From the NCBI RefSeq assembly GCF_043950225.1, contig NZ_CP171637.1: DNA of 32,000 nt, one strand, 5' to 3'. This document shows positions 1-12,402 of this stretch, in pieces (position 1 is the stretch's first letter; every line of letters starts with the position of its first letter). The notes below the pieces were generated by a model, which was given only the letters and a program-made list of their open reading frames with translations, was not told where the DNA came from and searched no databases. Source of the stretch: Escherichia coli. Its GTDB lineage: Bacteria > Pseudomonadota > Gammaproteobacteria > Enterobacterales > Enterobacteriaceae. Position numbers and translations under genes: made by a program.

Positions 1-111
1 GAGCTGAATCTCAAAGAGATTGGCGCGGTGCTGGAGGTCGGGGAATCGCGGGTCAGTCAGTTACACAGCCAGGCCATTAAACGGTTACGCACTAAACTGG
101 GTAAGTTATAA
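1..111 (+). CDS. fliA: 3' end of flagellar sigma factor FliA (sigma-28), truncated by window start
   Basis: Frame 1 reads [36 protein letters not shown], a sigma region 4 helix-turn-helix typical of FliA; directly upstream of fliZ. Confidence 0.93.
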   Translation, partial: ELNLKEIGAVLEVGESRVSQLHSQAIKRLRTKLGKL

Positions 112-156
112 CGTCAGTAAATGCCGCACTTTAATTTTGACTACCAGGAGTTCTTA

Positions 157-708
157 ATGATGGTGCAGCACCTGAAAAGACGGCCATTAAGCCGCTATCT
201 TAAAGACTTTAAACACAGCCAGACTCATTGCGCGCATTGCCGTAAATTACTCGATCGCATTACCCTCGTTCGCGACGGCAAAATAGTGAATAAAATCGAG
301 ATTTCCCGCCTGGACGCGCTGCTTGATGAAAATGGCTGGCAAACGGAACAAAAATCATGGGCGGCATTGTGCCGATTTTGCGGTGATTTACATTGCAAAA
401 CGCAGAGTGATTTTTTCGATATTATCGGCTTTAAGCAATTTCTTTTTGAGCAAACTGAAATGAGCCCAGGTACGGTGCGTGAATATGTCGTTCGTTTGCG
501 CCGTTTGGGGAATCATCTACACGAGCAAAATATTTCCCTCGATCCGCTGCAGGACGGTTTCCTTGATGAAATCCTCGCCCCGTGGCTGCCCACCACCAGC
601 ACCAACAATTACCGCATCGCATTACGGAAGTATCAACACTATCAGCGTCAAACGTGTACCGGACTTGTGCAGAAATCCTCCAGCCAGCCTGCTTCTGATA
701 TATATTAA
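157..708 (+). CDS. fliZ: Flagellar/biofilm regulator FliZ (183 aa from the MMVQHLKRRP start; the ORF is open from 121)
   Basis: Protein MMVQHLKRRPLSRYLKDFKHSQTHCAHCRKLLDRITLV... recognised as FliZ; position after fliA. Confidence 0.93.
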   Translation: MMVQHLKRRPLSRYLKDFKHSQTHCAHCRKLLDRITLVRDGKIVNKIEISRLDALLDENGWQTEQKSWAALCRFCGDLHCKTQSDFFDIIGFKQFLFEQTEMSPGTVREYVVRLRRLGNHLHEQNISLDPLQDGFLDEILAPWLPTTSTNNYRIALRKYQHYQRQTCTGLVQKSSSQPASDIY

Positions 709-795
709 ATAAGAATAAGATGTAGCGGAGTTGTTTTTGTGTTTACAAACAATGGCTCTACACTGCAAACAGACATAACAACATTCGGGGTGAAT

Positions 796-2687
<1,892 letters not shown>

Positions 2688-2701
2688 CTCCGGGAACGCT
2701 C

Positions 2702-3370
2702 ATGCAAGAAAGTATACAACTGGTTATTGATTCCTTGCCGTTCCTGTTGAAAGGGGCTGGGTATACCCTGCAACTCAGTATCGGCGGCATGTTTTTTGGC
2801 TTATTGCTAGGGTTTATTCTCGCGCTGATGCGCCTGTCGCCAATCTGGCCCGTGCGCTGGCTGGCGCGTTTTTATATCTCTATTTTTCGTGGTACACCGC
2901 TCATCGCACAACTGTTTATGATCTATTACGGCCTGCCGCAGTTTGGCATCGAATTAGATCCCATTCCGTCAGCAATGATTGGTCTGTCGCTCAACACTGC
3001 CGCCTATGCTGCCGAAACTCTGCGCGCCGCCATTTCTTCTATTGATAAAGGTCAGTGGGAAGCAGCTGCCAGTATTGGTATGACGCCGTGGCAGACCATG
3101 CGTCGCGCGATTTTGCCACAGGCGGCGCGGGTGGCGTTGCCGCCGCTGTCGAACAGCTTTATCAGCCTGGTAAAAGATACGTCGCTGGCCGCGACAATCC
3201 AGGTGCCGGAGCTGTTCCGTCAAGCGCAGTTGATTACCTCGCGCACGCTGGAGGTGTTCACCATGTACCTGGCGGCTTCGCTCATCTACTGGATCATGGC
3301 GACTGTGTTATCGACGTTGCAGAACCATTTTGAGAATCAACTTAATCGCCAGGAGAGAGAACCAAAATGA
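2702..3370 (+). CDS. tcyL: L-cystine ABC transporter permease TcyL (YecS)
   Basis: 222 aa polar amino-acid permease with an EAA-type loop (EAAASIGMTPWQTMRRAILPQAARVALPP). Confidence 0.95.
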   Translation: MQESIQLVIDSLPFLLKGAGYTLQLSIGGMFFGLLLGFILALMRLSPIWPVRWLARFYISIFRGTPLIAQLFMIYYGLPQFGIELDPIPSAMIGLSLNTAAYAAETLRAAISSIDKGQWEAAASIGMTPWQTMRRAILPQAARVALPPLSNSFISLVKDTSLAATIQVPELFRQAQLITSRTLEVFTMYLAASLIYWIMATVLSTLQNHFENQLNRQEREPK

Positions 3371-4119
3371 GTGCCATTGAAGTTAAGAACCTGGTGAAAA
3401 AATTTCACGGTCAGACGGTGCTGCACGGTATCGACCTTGAGGTAAAGCCTGGCGAAGTGGTGGTAATTATCGGTCCGAGTGGTTCCGGCAAAACCACGTT
3501 GCTACGCAGCATAAATCTGCTGGAACAACCCGAAGCGGGAACGATCACCGTTGGCGATATCACTATTGATACTGCACGTTCATTAAGTCAGCAAAAATCG
3601 CTGATTCGCCAGTTGCGTCAGCACGTCGGGTTTGTCTTCCAGAACTTTAATTTGTTTCCGCATCGTACGGTGCTGGAAAACATTATTGAAGGGCCGGTGA
3701 TCGTCAAAGGCGAACCGAAAGAAGAGGCCACGGCGCGCGCTCGCGAGCTGTTGGCGAAAGTTGGGCTGGCCGGTAAAGAAACCAGCTATCCACGTCGTTT
3801 GTCTGGCGGTCAACAGCAACGTGTTGCGATTGCACGTGCGCTGGCAATGCGTCCTGAGGTGATTTTGTTTGACGAGCCAACGTCGGCGCTGGATCCAGAG
3901 CTGGTGGGCGAAGTCCTGAACACCATCCGTCAGCTGGCGCAGGAAAAGCGCACGATGGTGATTGTGACGCACGAAATGAGCTTTGCCCGGGATGTTGCGG
4001 ACCGGGCGATTTTTATGGACCAGGGGCGGATAGTCGAGCAGGGGGCAGCAAAAGCGTTATTTGCCGATCCCCAGCAGCCTCGCACCCGCCAGTTCCTCGA
4101 GAAGTTTCTGCTGCAATAA
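3367..4119 (+). CDS. tcyN: L-cystine ABC transporter ATP-binding protein TcyN (YecC)
   Basis: Walker A GPSGSGKTT, signature LSGGQQQRVAIARAL, Walker B VILFDEPTSALD; start overlaps the tcyL stop by 4 nt. Confidence 0.95.
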   Translation: MSAIEVKNLVKKFHGQTVLHGIDLEVKPGEVVVIIGPSGSGKTTLLRSINLLEQPEAGTITVGDITIDTARSLSQQKSLIRQLRQHVGFVFQNFNLFPHRTVLENIIEGPVIVKGEPKEEATARARELLAKVGLAGKETSYPRRLSGGQQQRVAIARALAMRPEVILFDEPTSALDPELVGEVLNTIRQLAQEKRTMVIVTHEMSFARDVADRAIFMDQGRIVEQGAAKALFADPQQPRTRQFLEKFLLQ

Positions 4120-4348
4120 TAAGAAAAAATCAGCCCCGACGATTCACCTGTCGGGGCGGGACGCCATTTCAAGCGTGATAAAACAGCTTAACAAATCAGC
4201 ATAACTCATTAATAACATAAGAGAATGCGATGGCTTGCAAAAGTAATTCATTGCCTGAATAATATAAATTATATATAAATCTTATTTATGTGATAGTTTG
4301 AATTATCATTATAAATGATACTCACTCTCAGGGGCGTTGCGGTTTACT

Positions 4349-5071
4349 ATGCAGGATACGGATTTTTTCAGCTGGCGTCGCACGATGCTGTTGCGTTTTC
4401 AGAGGATGGAGGCCGCAGAAGAGGTCTACCATGAAATAGAGCTTCAGGCTCAGCAGCTAGAGTACGATTACTATTCGTTATGTGTTCGCCACCCGGTACC
4501 ATTCACGCGACCTAAAGTGGCTTTCTACACCAATTACCCTGAGGCGTGGGTTAGTTATTATCAGGCAAAAAACTTTCTCGCAATTGATCCGGTGCTGAAC
4601 CCTGAAAACTTTAGTCAGGGCCATTTAATGTGGAATGATGACTTATTCAGCGAAGCACAGCCGTTATGGGAAGCCGCGCGCGCACATGGTTTACGCCGCG
4701 GTGTCACTCAGTATTTAATGCTGCCAAACCGGGCGCTGGGCTTTTTGTCCTTTTCCCGTAGCAGCGCGCGCGAAATACCCATTCTTAGTGATGAACTGCA
4801 ATTAAAAATGCAGTTACTGGTGCGCGAAAGTCTGATGGCTCTGATGCGTTTAAATGATGAAATAGTGATGACGCCAGAGATGAATTTCAGCAAGCGCGAA
4901 AAAGAAATTTTGAAATGGACGGCGGAAGGGAAGACATCAGCAGAGATAGCGATGATTTTGTCAATCTCTGAGAATACGGTCAATTTCCATCAGAAAAACA
5001 TGCAGAAAAAAATCAATGCACCGAATAAGACCCAGGTTGCCTGTTACGCGGCCGCTACTGGCTTAATTTGA
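4349..5071 (+). CDS. sdiA: LuxR-family quorum-sensing regulator SdiA, 240 aa
   Basis: MQDTDFFSWRRTMLLRFQRM... autoinducer-binding domain plus C-terminal LuxR HTH (FSKREKEILKWTAEGKTSAEIAMILSISENTVNFHQKNMQKK). Confidence 0.95.
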   Translation: MQDTDFFSWRRTMLLRFQRMEAAEEVYHEIELQAQQLEYDYYSLCVRHPVPFTRPKVAFYTNYPEAWVSYYQAKNFLAIDPVLNPENFSQGHLMWNDDLFSEAQPLWEAARAHGLRRGVTQYLMLPNRALGFLSFSRSSAREIPILSDELQLKMQLLVRESLMALMRLNDEIVMTPEMNFSKREKEILKWTAEGKTSAEIAMILSISENTVNFHQKNMQKKINAPNKTQVACYAAATGLI

Positions 5072-5100
5072 TCTCTTTTCTATCCTGCGTGCCAGATGCA

Positions 5101-5135
5101 AAAACCGGCTGAAAGGCACGCTATCAGCCGGTTTT
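5101..5135. terminator. Bidirectional terminator between convergent sdiA and yecF
   Basis: Perfect 12-bp inverted repeat aaaaccggctga / tcagccggtttt with A- and T-ended arms. Confidence 0.8.
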
Positions 5136-5138
5136 ATA

Positions 5139-5363
5139 TTACTGACGGTAGGCTTGTTTAATTTGCTTAACCGTTTTGGAAAATACTGCAGCCTGGGTTT
5201 CGTCTTCGATCAGCGCAAGCTGTTTTTCCATCTTTAACATCACGCGGCCCGCGTCAGCTTGTCCCATCGCCTGCAGCATCAGCGTCAGCATCGCTTTCAG
5301 GCAGGAGACTTCATTTGCCAGTTCTTGATTATTCTCGGCAGTAGAAAAATCAGGCGTACTCAT
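5139..5363 (-). CDS. yecF: Small conserved protein YecF (DUF2594), 74 aa
   Basis: Reverse complement from 'cat' at 5361-5363 gives [19 protein letters not shown]... to 'tta' at 5139. The supplied track labels this '+', but the sequence only supports '-'. Confidence 0.88.
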
Positions 5364-5821
5364 TTATTTTCCTCGTCATGTTGCAATGAAAATTTGCGGT
5401 GAAAAATGTTAAGGCGGCGGAGTATACCATAAGCTTTGCTAAAAATAGCAGTGGTTGTTTTTTGAGCGTATCGTCAACGGTGCTATTAAATGCGTTAATA
5501 TAATGACCAATAAATATTTTTATCATGAATGTTTTTTGCCCGTATTGTTCGGGTTAATTAATGTTACATATTCAGCGGGCTGATTTTCATTTTTGCTGAA
5601 TAAAGGTAATTTTTGTCACATTTCGTCGCAGGGCTTACTGTGAAACGATCCGGTAAGCCGTTGGTGACGGGCGTGACCATAACTGTGGACAATCGAATTG
5701 ACAAAAACGAGAGAAAAATCGAATACCCACCATTTTTAACGTTTCAAAGTTGCAATAAAAACCGCTAATATACGAATGACTAACTATCAGTAGCGTTATC
5801 CCTATTTCTGGAGATATTCCT

Positions 5822-6478
5822 TTGATCAACGTTCTACTTGTTGATGACCACGAACTGGTGCGCGCAGGGATACGACGCATTCTGGAAGATATAAAGGGTA
5901 TAAAAGTCGTCGGTGAGGCATCGTGCGGTGAAGACGCCGTTAAGTGGTGTCGGGCAAATGCCGTTGACGTGGTGCTAATGGACATGAGTATGCCGGGCAT
6001 TGGCGGTCTTGAGGCGACGCGTAAAATCGCGCGTTCCACAGCTGATGTCAAAATCATCATGCTTACCGTCCATACAGAAAACCCTTTACCAGCGAAAGTC
6101 ATGCAGGCCGGTGCTGCGGGCTACCTCAGCAAAGGCGCGGCTCCGCAGGAAGTCGTGAGTGCGATTCGTTCTGTCTATTCAGGGCAGCGTTACATTGCTT
6201 CTGACATCGCTCAACAAATGGCGTTAAGCCAGATCGAACCAGAAAAAACAGAAAGCCCATTTGCCAGTTTGTCTGAACGTGAATTGCAGATTATGCTGAT
6301 GATCACCAAGGGCCAGAAGGTCAATGAGATCTCAGAACAGCTCAATCTCAGTCCGAAAACGGTGAACAGCTACCGCTATCGTATGTTCAGTAAACTAAAC
6401 ATTCATGGCGATGTTGAGCTGACTCACCTGGCAATTCGCCATGGTCTGTGTAATGCGGAGACATTATCAAGTCAGTGA
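5822..6478 (+). CDS. uvrY: Response regulator UvrY (BarA/UvrY system), 218 aa, TTG start
   Basis: [21 protein letters not shown] receiver domain with D54-type LMDMSMPG, C-terminal LuxR-type HTH; start codon TTG at 5822. Confidence 0.95.
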   Translation: MINVLLVDDHELVRAGIRRILEDIKGIKVVGEASCGEDAVKWCRANAVDVVLMDMSMPGIGGLEATRKIARSTADVKIIMLTVHTENPLPAKVMQAGAAGYLSKGAAPQEVVSAIRSVYSGQRYIASDIAQQMALSQIEPEKTESPFASLSERELQIMLMITKGQKVNEISEQLNLSPKTVNSYRYRMFSKLNIHGDVELTHLAIRHGLCNAETLSSQ

Positions 6479-8307
6479 GTGATCAGTTTGACGCAAAAGC
6501 GTTTTTAAAAACCGTAACCAGCCAGCCAGGCGTTTATCGCATGTACGATGCTGGTGGTACGGTTATCTATGTCGGCAAAGCGAAAGACCTGAAAAAACGG
6601 CTTTCCAGCTATTTCCGTAGCAACCTCGCTTCGCGCAAAACCGAAGCGCTGGTCGCCCAGATCCAGCAAATTGATGTAACGGTTACTCATACAGAAACCG
6701 AAGCGCTGTTGCTGGAACACAACTACATCAAACTCTATCAGCCGCGTTACAACGTTTTGCTACGCGATGATAAATCTTATCCCTTTATCTTCCTGAGTGG
6801 CGATACCCATCCGCGTCTGGCGATGCATCGTGGTGCGAAGCATGCTAAAGGTGAATATTTCGGCCCGTTCCCGAATGGCTATGCCGTACGTGAAACACTG
6901 GCGCTACTGCAAAAGATATTCCCCATTCGCCAGTGCGAAAATAGTGTTTATCGCAATCGCTCGCGTCCGTGTCTGCAATATCAGATAGGGCGCTGTCTGG
7001 GACCGTGCGTTGAAGGACTGGTGAGTGAAGAAGAATACGCTCAGCAGGTCGAGTATGTGCGCCTGTTTTTGTCTGGCAAAGATGATCAGGTGCTTACGCA
7101 ACTCATTAGCCGTATGGAAACTGCCAGCCAGAATCTGGAGTTTGAAGAAGCGGCACGTATTCGCGACCAAATTCAGGCGGTGCGACGCGTCACCGAAAAA
7201 CAGTTTGTGTCCAATACCGGCGACGACCTCGACGTTATTGGTGTGGCGTTCGATGCGGGCATGGCTTGTGTCCACGTATTGTTCATTCGTCAGGGCAAAG
7301 TGCTCGGCAGCCGCAGCTATTTCCCGAAAGTGCCTGGCGGTACGGAACTGAGCGAGGTGGTGGAAACCTTCGTAGGTCAGTTCTATTTACAAGGCAGCCA
7401 GATGCGCACCTTACCGGGTGAGATCCTGCTCGATTTTAATCTTAGCGATAAAACGCTGCTCGCCGATTCCCTTTCAGAACTGGCGGGACGCAAGATTAAT
7501 GTTCAAAGCAAACCTCGCGGCGATCGGGCGCGTTATCTGAAACTCGCGCGCACCAATGCGGCGACGGCCTTAACCAGCAAACTTTCGCAGCAATCTACCG
7601 TTCACCAGCGACTGACCGCGCTTGCCAGCGTGTTGAAATTGCCGGAAGTGAAACGGATGGAGTGCTTTGACATCAGCCATACCATGGGTGAACAAACCGT
7701 CGCTTCCTGTGTGGTGTTTGATGCTAACGGCCCGCTGCGTGCGGAGTATCGGCGCTATAACATTACTGGCATCACGCCGGGCGATGATTACGCGGCGATG
7801 AATCAGGTGCTGCGTCGGCGTTATGGTAAAGCTATCGACGACAGTAAGATCCCAGATGTGATCCTTATTGACGGCGGCAAAGGCCAGCTTGCGCAGGCGA
7901 AAAATGTCTTCGCCGAACTGGATGTCTCATGGGATAAAAATCATCCGCTGCTACTTGGCGTTGCCAAAGGAGCAGATCGTAAGGCTGGGCTGGAAACGCT
8001 GTTCTTTGAGCCGGAAGGTGAGGGATTCAGTTTGCCGCCAGATTCTCCCGCGCTGCATGTTATCCAGCATATTCGCGATGAATCACACGATCACGCGATT
8101 GGCGGGCACCGTAAAAAACGGGCGAAGGTCAAAAATACCAGTTCCCTGGAAACCATTGAAGGCGTCGGGCCAAAACGCCGGCAAATGTTGTTGAAATATA
8201 TGGGCGGTTTGCAAGGTTTACGTAACGCCAGCGTCGAGGAAATTGCAAAAGTGCCGGGTATTTCGCAAGGTCTGGCAGAAAAGATCTTCTGGTCGTTGAA
8301 ACATTGA
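6475..8307 (+). CDS. uvrC: Excinuclease ABC subunit C, 610 aa, GTG start overlapping uvrY stop (GTGA)
   Basis: GIY-YIG N-terminus ([25 protein letters not shown]), UvrC RNase H-like domain, C-terminal HhH ([18 protein letters not shown]). Confidence 0.97.
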   Translation: MSDQFDAKAFLKTVTSQPGVYRMYDAGGTVIYVGKAKDLKKRLSSYFRSNLASRKTEALVAQIQQIDVTVTHTETEALLLEHNYIKLYQPRYNVLLRDDKSYPFIFLSGDTHPRLAMHRGAKHAKGEYFGPFPNGYAVRETLALLQKIFPIRQCENSVYRNRSRPCLQYQIGRCLGPCVEGLVSEEEYAQQVEYVRLFLSGKDDQVLTQLISRMETASQNLEFEEAARIRDQIQAVRRVTEKQFVSNTGDDLDVIGVAFDAGMACVHVLFIRQGKVLGSRSYFPKVPGGTELSEVVETFVGQFYLQGSQMRTLPGEILLDFNLSDKTLLADSLSELAGRKINVQSKPRGDRARYLKLARTNAATALTSKLSQQSTVHQRLTALASVLKLPEVKRMECFDISHTMGEQTVASCVVFDANGPLRAEYRRYNITGITPGDDYAAMNQVLRRRYGKAIDDSKIPDVILIDGGKGQLAQAKNVFAELDVSWDKNHPLLLGVAKGADRKAGLETLFFEPEGEGFSLPPDSPALHVIQHIRDESHDHAIGGHRKKRAKVKNTSSLETIEGVGPKRRQMLLKYMGGLQGLRNASVEEIAKVPGISQGLAEKIFWSLKH

Positions 8308-8363
8308 TGTCTCTGTAGCAACATAGGGGTAATCTTACTGACAACAGATAGTTACCCGTCATT

Positions 8364-8912
8364 ATGCAATTTAATATCCCTACGTTGCTTACACTGTTCC
8401 GTGTCATCCTTATCCCATTCTTTGTATTGGTCTTTTATCTGCCTGTCACCTGGTCGCCGTTTGCCGCCGCGCTCATTTTCTGCGTCGCGGCGGTGACTGA
8501 CTGGTTCGATGGTTTTCTGGCACGCCGCTGGAACCAGAGTACCCGGTTTGGTGCTTTCCTTGACCCTGTCGCAGATAAAGTTCTCGTGGCTATCGCCATG
8601 GTGCTGGTAACCGAGCATTATCACAGCTGGTGGGTGACCTTACCGGCGGCAACGATGATCGCCCGTGAAATTATTATTTCTGCGCTACGCGAATGGATGG
8701 CGGAGTTGGGTAAACGCAGTAGCGTGGCTGTCTCCTGGATTGGGAAAGTGAAAACCACGGCCCAGATGGTGGCGTTGGCCTGGCTGCTGTGGCGTCCGAA
8801 CATTTGGGTTGAGTACGCCGGTATTGCACTTTTCTTTGTGGCTGCGGTACTGACTCTGTGGTCAATGTTGCAATATTTGAGCGCTGCGCGTGCAGATTTG
8901 CTTGATCAGTGA
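8364..8912 (+). CDS. pgsA: CDP-diacylglycerol--glycerol-3-phosphate 3-phosphatidyltransferase
   Basis: 182 aa membrane protein with CDP-alcohol phosphatidyltransferase motif [27 protein letters not shown]. Confidence 0.97.
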
Positions 8913-9063
8913 TCGTTTCGGCGCAATTTTCAGCAAACGATCAAAAGTGGTGAAAAATATCGTTGACTCATCGCGCCAGGTAAGTAGAATGCAACGCATC
9001 GAACGGCGGCACTGATTGCCAGACGATAATAAAATCAAGTGATTAACTGATTGCTTGATGAAT

Positions 9064-9139
<76 letters not shown>

Positions 9140-9193
9140 GTTTAAAAGACATCGGCGTCAAGCGGATGTCTGGCTGAAAGGCCTGAAGAATTT

Positions 9194-9267
9194 GGCGCGT
9201 TAACAAAGCGGTTATGTAGCGGATTGCAAATCCGTCTAGTCCGGTTCGACTCCGGAACGCGCCTCCA
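9194..9267 (+). tRNA. cysT: tRNA-Cys (GCA)
   Basis: 74-nt ggcgcgttaacaaagcggttatgtagcggattgcaaatccgtctagtccggttcgactccggaacgcgcctcca. Confidence 0.95.
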
Positions 9268-9279
9268 CTTTCTTCCCGA

Positions 9280-9366
9280 GCCCGGATGGTGGAATCGGTA
9301 GACACAAGGGATTTAAAATCCCTCGGCGTTCGCGCTGTGTGGGTTCAAGTCCCACTCCGGGTACCA
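9280..9366 (+). tRNA. leuZ: tRNA-Leu (UAA); apparent integration target of the downstream element
   Basis: 87-nt class II tRNA gcccggatggtggaatcggtagacacaagggatttaaaatccc...gttcaagtcccactccgggtacca; accessory DNA begins immediately after it. Confidence 0.95.
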
Positions 9367-9407
9367 TGGGAAACATCAGAATAATCAAAGCAATAAGCAG
9401 TGTCGTG

Positions 9408-9432
9408 AAACCACCTCCGGGTGGTTTTTTTG
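9408..9432 (+). terminator. Rho-independent terminator downstream of the tRNA cluster
   Basis: aaaccacctccgggtggttttttt: accacc/ggtggt stem with T-run. Confidence 0.85.
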
Positions 9433-9605
9433 TGCCTGAAATTCATGTCCTGTGCATATCCTGTGCTCATGGGGTGCAATGAGCTGCAATCTCCAGCCTG
9501 GCAATGACGAATCGAACGTGTCGCCTCAGCATAGAGAACCAGGCCGCTTTGCCTGTTTTCCGGTACTCTTCCGGGAAGGGGGCCTGCTGAGCAAGCTGTA
9601 ATGCT

Positions 9606-10346
9606 CTAGCCACCCTGAGTACAAAGTTGCTTAATTCGTGCAATCACCTCATCTCTGTACTTCTGGTGTCCGCGCATAGCCCGTGGATGGGCAATTCTGA
9701 AACAGATTGCATTACCTGTTTTGAACTCCCATAGCTTCCCCGGAATGACTGAAGAAGTCTCATAGCCGCCCAGCTCAGTAAGCACCTGTTTTATGATGTA
9801 GTCTGTTCTCCGGGCTCCAGATGCAAAGATGATGAAATCAGGCTCAAGGTGTTTAATTTGTACCGCCAGCAGCTTCAGCGAGGCTAATATGACTTCCTGC
9901 AATTCATTTTGAGGGCGATTGAGAGGGGTCAGTCCGTCGTAATCCCACGCCAGTAGATTGGCATACACGATAGCCTGAGGAGGGATATTAAGCTCCCGGG
10001 CCAGCCTGAAATGATATTGCGTGAAGCGGCTACGTGATTTGAGGTTGGTGGTGCCATCATTTTGTACCGGAAGATGTTCCCTGTAACGATCTACAGCTTC
10101 TTCAACCACCTGCCCGATGGTGACGTCAGGCATAAGTCCCAACACCCGTGATATCGTATTCTTACCATTCAGCGTATTCCAGCCTGCGGTTTCACGTCCA
10201 ACCAGCATGATTTTTACCGGTGAATGCCAGTATTCTTCAAAGGGTACGGGTAAAAATACGCCTGAGTATTTATCTTCATTCAGGTTAAATGACTGGGCGT
10301 TAACTTCCTGCAATATCCGTTTGTACGCGTCTAATAGCCTTTCCAT
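9606..10346 (-). CDS. Putative uracil-DNA glycosylase superfamily protein, 246 aa
   Basis: Motif-like segments VKIMLVGRETAGW near the N-terminus, VYANLLAWD in the middle and RIAHPRAM near the C-terminus fit the UDG fold layout; E. coli pipolins are known to carry a UDG-like gene. Family inferred, not searched. Confidence 0.55.
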   Translation of the reverse strand: MERLLDAYKRILQEVNAQSFNLNEDKYSGVFLPVPFEEYWHSPVKIMLVGRETAGWNTLNGKNTISRVLGLMPDVTIGQVVEEAVDRYREHLPVQNDGTTNLKSRSRFTQYHFRLARELNIPPQAIVYANLLAWDYDGLTPLNRPQNELQEVILASLKLLAVQIKHLEPDFIIFASGARRTDYIIKQVLTELGGYETSSVIPGKLWEFKTGNAICFRIAHPRAMRGHQKYRDEVIARIKQLCTQGG

Positions 10347-10426
10347 TCTTCAATCCTGCCCCGTAATAAAAACACCTTCAGATATATATTATTTTCATGA
10401 TATCAATCAGATACATGAGGATAAAT

Positions 10427-11629
10427 ATGCAAAAATCCTTCCGATTCACCAATTCATCCATCAAAGCCCTTCCGGCAAACACAGATACCCGATCTACAGA
10501 GCTTGAGGTATCTGATACCGAGGTCATTGGCCTCAAATGCCTCTCAGGTCGAACGGGTAACAAACGTTTCCTCCTGCGCTACACATTCCACGGTACCAAA
10601 AAAAGTATCAGTATTGGCAGATTCCCTGAAATTGATGTGGGGACAGCCCGTCAGATAGCCCGCCGTCACAAGGAGGCGATTGCACTGGGAAATGACCCTA
10701 AGGCAGAACGCGATAATTATCGTGCGATGCCAACACTTAGTGAGTTTTTTCACCAGACCTATGTTCCGTTCATCAAACGCCATAAAAAGTCCTGGGATAA
10801 GGATGTTCAGCGTTTCACGCAATACATTGAACCTCGTCTGGGAAAGATACGTTACTGCGATCTCAGGGCCAGAGAGATACAACAGGTGCTGTTTGACATG
10901 CTGGAGGGGCGTATTCACGGGCAGCAATATGCGCCGTCTACCTGTAACAGAGCCCTTGCTATTCTGAAAACGATGGGGCGTTATGCGTTGCGACAGGATG
11001 TGCTGGAAAAGAATGAAGCCGATAAGATCCCTTTACTGAAAGAGAATAATCAGCGGACGCGCTTTTTTGATGCTGATGAGATCAGGCGCATTCTTGACGC
11101 TGCTACCCAATATCCCAACAAAGCTGCCGGGGGATTGATAGCCATGTTGTTGTTAACCGGTACACGCAAATCAGAAATGCTTAATGTCAGGCATGAACAT
11201 ATCGACCGGGCCAATCGTACTCTGTTCATTCCTTATACAAAAAATGGTCGCAGTCGGACGGTATATCTAAGCGATGCCGCATTATCGATTATTGATGCTA
11301 TCCCACGAGTTGGCAGTAATCCGTATCTGTTCGCCATTAAGGATAATGGAAAACCGATATCGGAACCCCGATGGGCATATGAAAAAATACTGGCAGAGTG
11401 CGGGATAGATAAAAGTGAAGTCTGTTTCCACACTACGCGCCATTCCGTCGCATCATTACTTGTCTCCAGCGGACAGTACAGTCTGTATGACGTTAAAGCC
11501 CAGCTTGCGCATGCCAGTATTCAGAGTACGGAGCGCTACGCAAAACTGACACCAGAGCGAATGCGTCAGACCGGGCAGGGTGTTACCGACCTTCTTTTAC
11601 CCCCCGTAGCTACCAGTAAAGAACAGTGA
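10427..11629 (+). CDS. Tyrosine recombinase/integrase 1 (ORF open from 10397)
   Basis: Catalytic residues visible: LLTGTRKSEML (R), YTKNGRSRTV (K), CFHTTRHSVA (HxxR), LAHASIQSTERYAKL (H, Y). Confidence 0.92.
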   Translation: MQKSFRFTNSSIKALPANTDTRSTELEVSDTEVIGLKCLSGRTGNKRFLLRYTFHGTKKSISIGRFPEIDVGTARQIARRHKEAIALGNDPKAERDNYRAMPTLSEFFHQTYVPFIKRHKKSWDKDVQRFTQYIEPRLGKIRYCDLRAREIQQVLFDMLEGRIHGQQYAPSTCNRALAILKTMGRYALRQDVLEKNEADKIPLLKENNQRTRFFDADEIRRILDAATQYPNKAAGGLIAMLLLTGTRKSEMLNVRHEHIDRANRTLFIPYTKNGRSRTVYLSDAALSIIDAIPRVGSNPYLFAIKDNGKPISEPRWAYEKILAECGIDKSEVCFHTTRHSVASLLVSSGQYSLYDVKAQLAHASIQSTERYAKLTPERMRQTGQGVTDLLLPPVATSKEQ

Positions 11630-11654
11630 TTTTTGCATCTCTTAAACGTGGAGA

Positions 11655-11912
11655 ATGATTATGCCGTTAAAGTGCCCTAAGTGCGGTAGTCGGAATACAG
11701 TCACAGAAACTGCCGGAAATATAGCAAAGGTGACTCGCGATGACCGGTTTCTGACATCGACATCCGGTTATATTAGCCCGGAGCAATTACCAGAATTGCT
11801 TAAAGAAATCATCAGGGCGATACAGCGTCTATTTGGATTCCTTGAACAGCGTGAAAGGAATAATGCGCCAGTGCTTATCTGCAAGGATTGTGGATATTAT
11901 GAAAGAATATAG
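11655..11912 (+). CDS. Small zinc-ribbon protein, unknown function, 85 aa
   Basis: Paired cysteines CPKCGS...CKDCGYY; follows the integrase. Confidence 0.6.
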   Translation: MIMPLKCPKCGSRNTVTETAGNIAKVTRDDRFLTSTSGYISPEQLPELLKEIIRAIQRLFGFLEQRERNNAPVLICKDCGYYERI

Positions 11913-11957
11913 ATGACCACTGAAGGCAATTCCAGATTCTTTACCCTGTCTATGTAA

Positions 11958-11988
11958 CCCCGATACTTAAAACGTATCGGGTTTTTTG
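11958..11988 (+). terminator. Rho-independent terminator
   Basis: cccgatac ttaaaac gtatcggg followed by TTTTTT. Confidence 0.8.
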
Positions 11989-12005
11989 TTTATGAGGATT
12001 ATTCA

Positions 12006-12377
12006 ATGAAATTTATCTCGAACTGGCAAGACCTGCCGTCGCTCCTTCTTCCCGATTCAGTTATGACTGTCCTGAGAAAAGAACTGATACTTCCATTTGA
12101 TGATGAACTTTCCGCAATGAATTTTTGGGGCGAGGTGGGTGTAACATTAATGTACATTGAACCCGGTGATGTTCCCGAAGATATTAAACGACACGTACTG
12201 GATGTAATTCATCATTTAATTGCAAACCCTGAGTTCGTGGTCCATCTGACAGATGAATATTACTTGATGCTATCAATTACAGAAGATAATGGAAATGGTA
12301 TTTATCTGCTATTTCATCCGGAATGCCCTTTGAAGGGGATTGACACATTAATGTCTATGGCGGAATCCCGTCTGTAA
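12006..12377 (+). CDS. Hypothetical protein, 123 aa
   Basis: Open frame with no strong competing ORF, acidic soluble protein; first gene of a co-directional cluster. Confidence 0.6.
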   Translation: MKFISNWQDLPSLLLPDSVMTVLRKELILPFDDELSAMNFWGEVGVTLMYIEPGDVPEDIKRHVLDVIHHLIANPEFVVHLTDEYYLMLSITEDNGNGIYLLFHPECPLKGIDTLMSMAESRL

Positions 12378-12402
12378 ATCAGATTAAAACCAGGAGATGA
12401 AA

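Noticed and set aside
4133-4157. gccccgac/gtcggggc hairpin after tcyN
   Set aside because: On the + strand it is followed by GGGAC rather than a T-run; a U-rich tail exists only on the minus strand, so I do not call it as the tcyN terminator.
5139-5363. Track lists the 74-aa ORF on the + strand
   Set aside because: The + strand at 5139 reads ttactgacgg with no start; the protein is obtained only by reverse-complementing from 'cat' at 5361-5363, so it is yecF on the minus strand.
5635-6102. 155-aa minus-strand ORF
   Set aside because: Shadow ORF across the uvrY 5' half and its upstream region; the sense strand encodes a clear response regulator.
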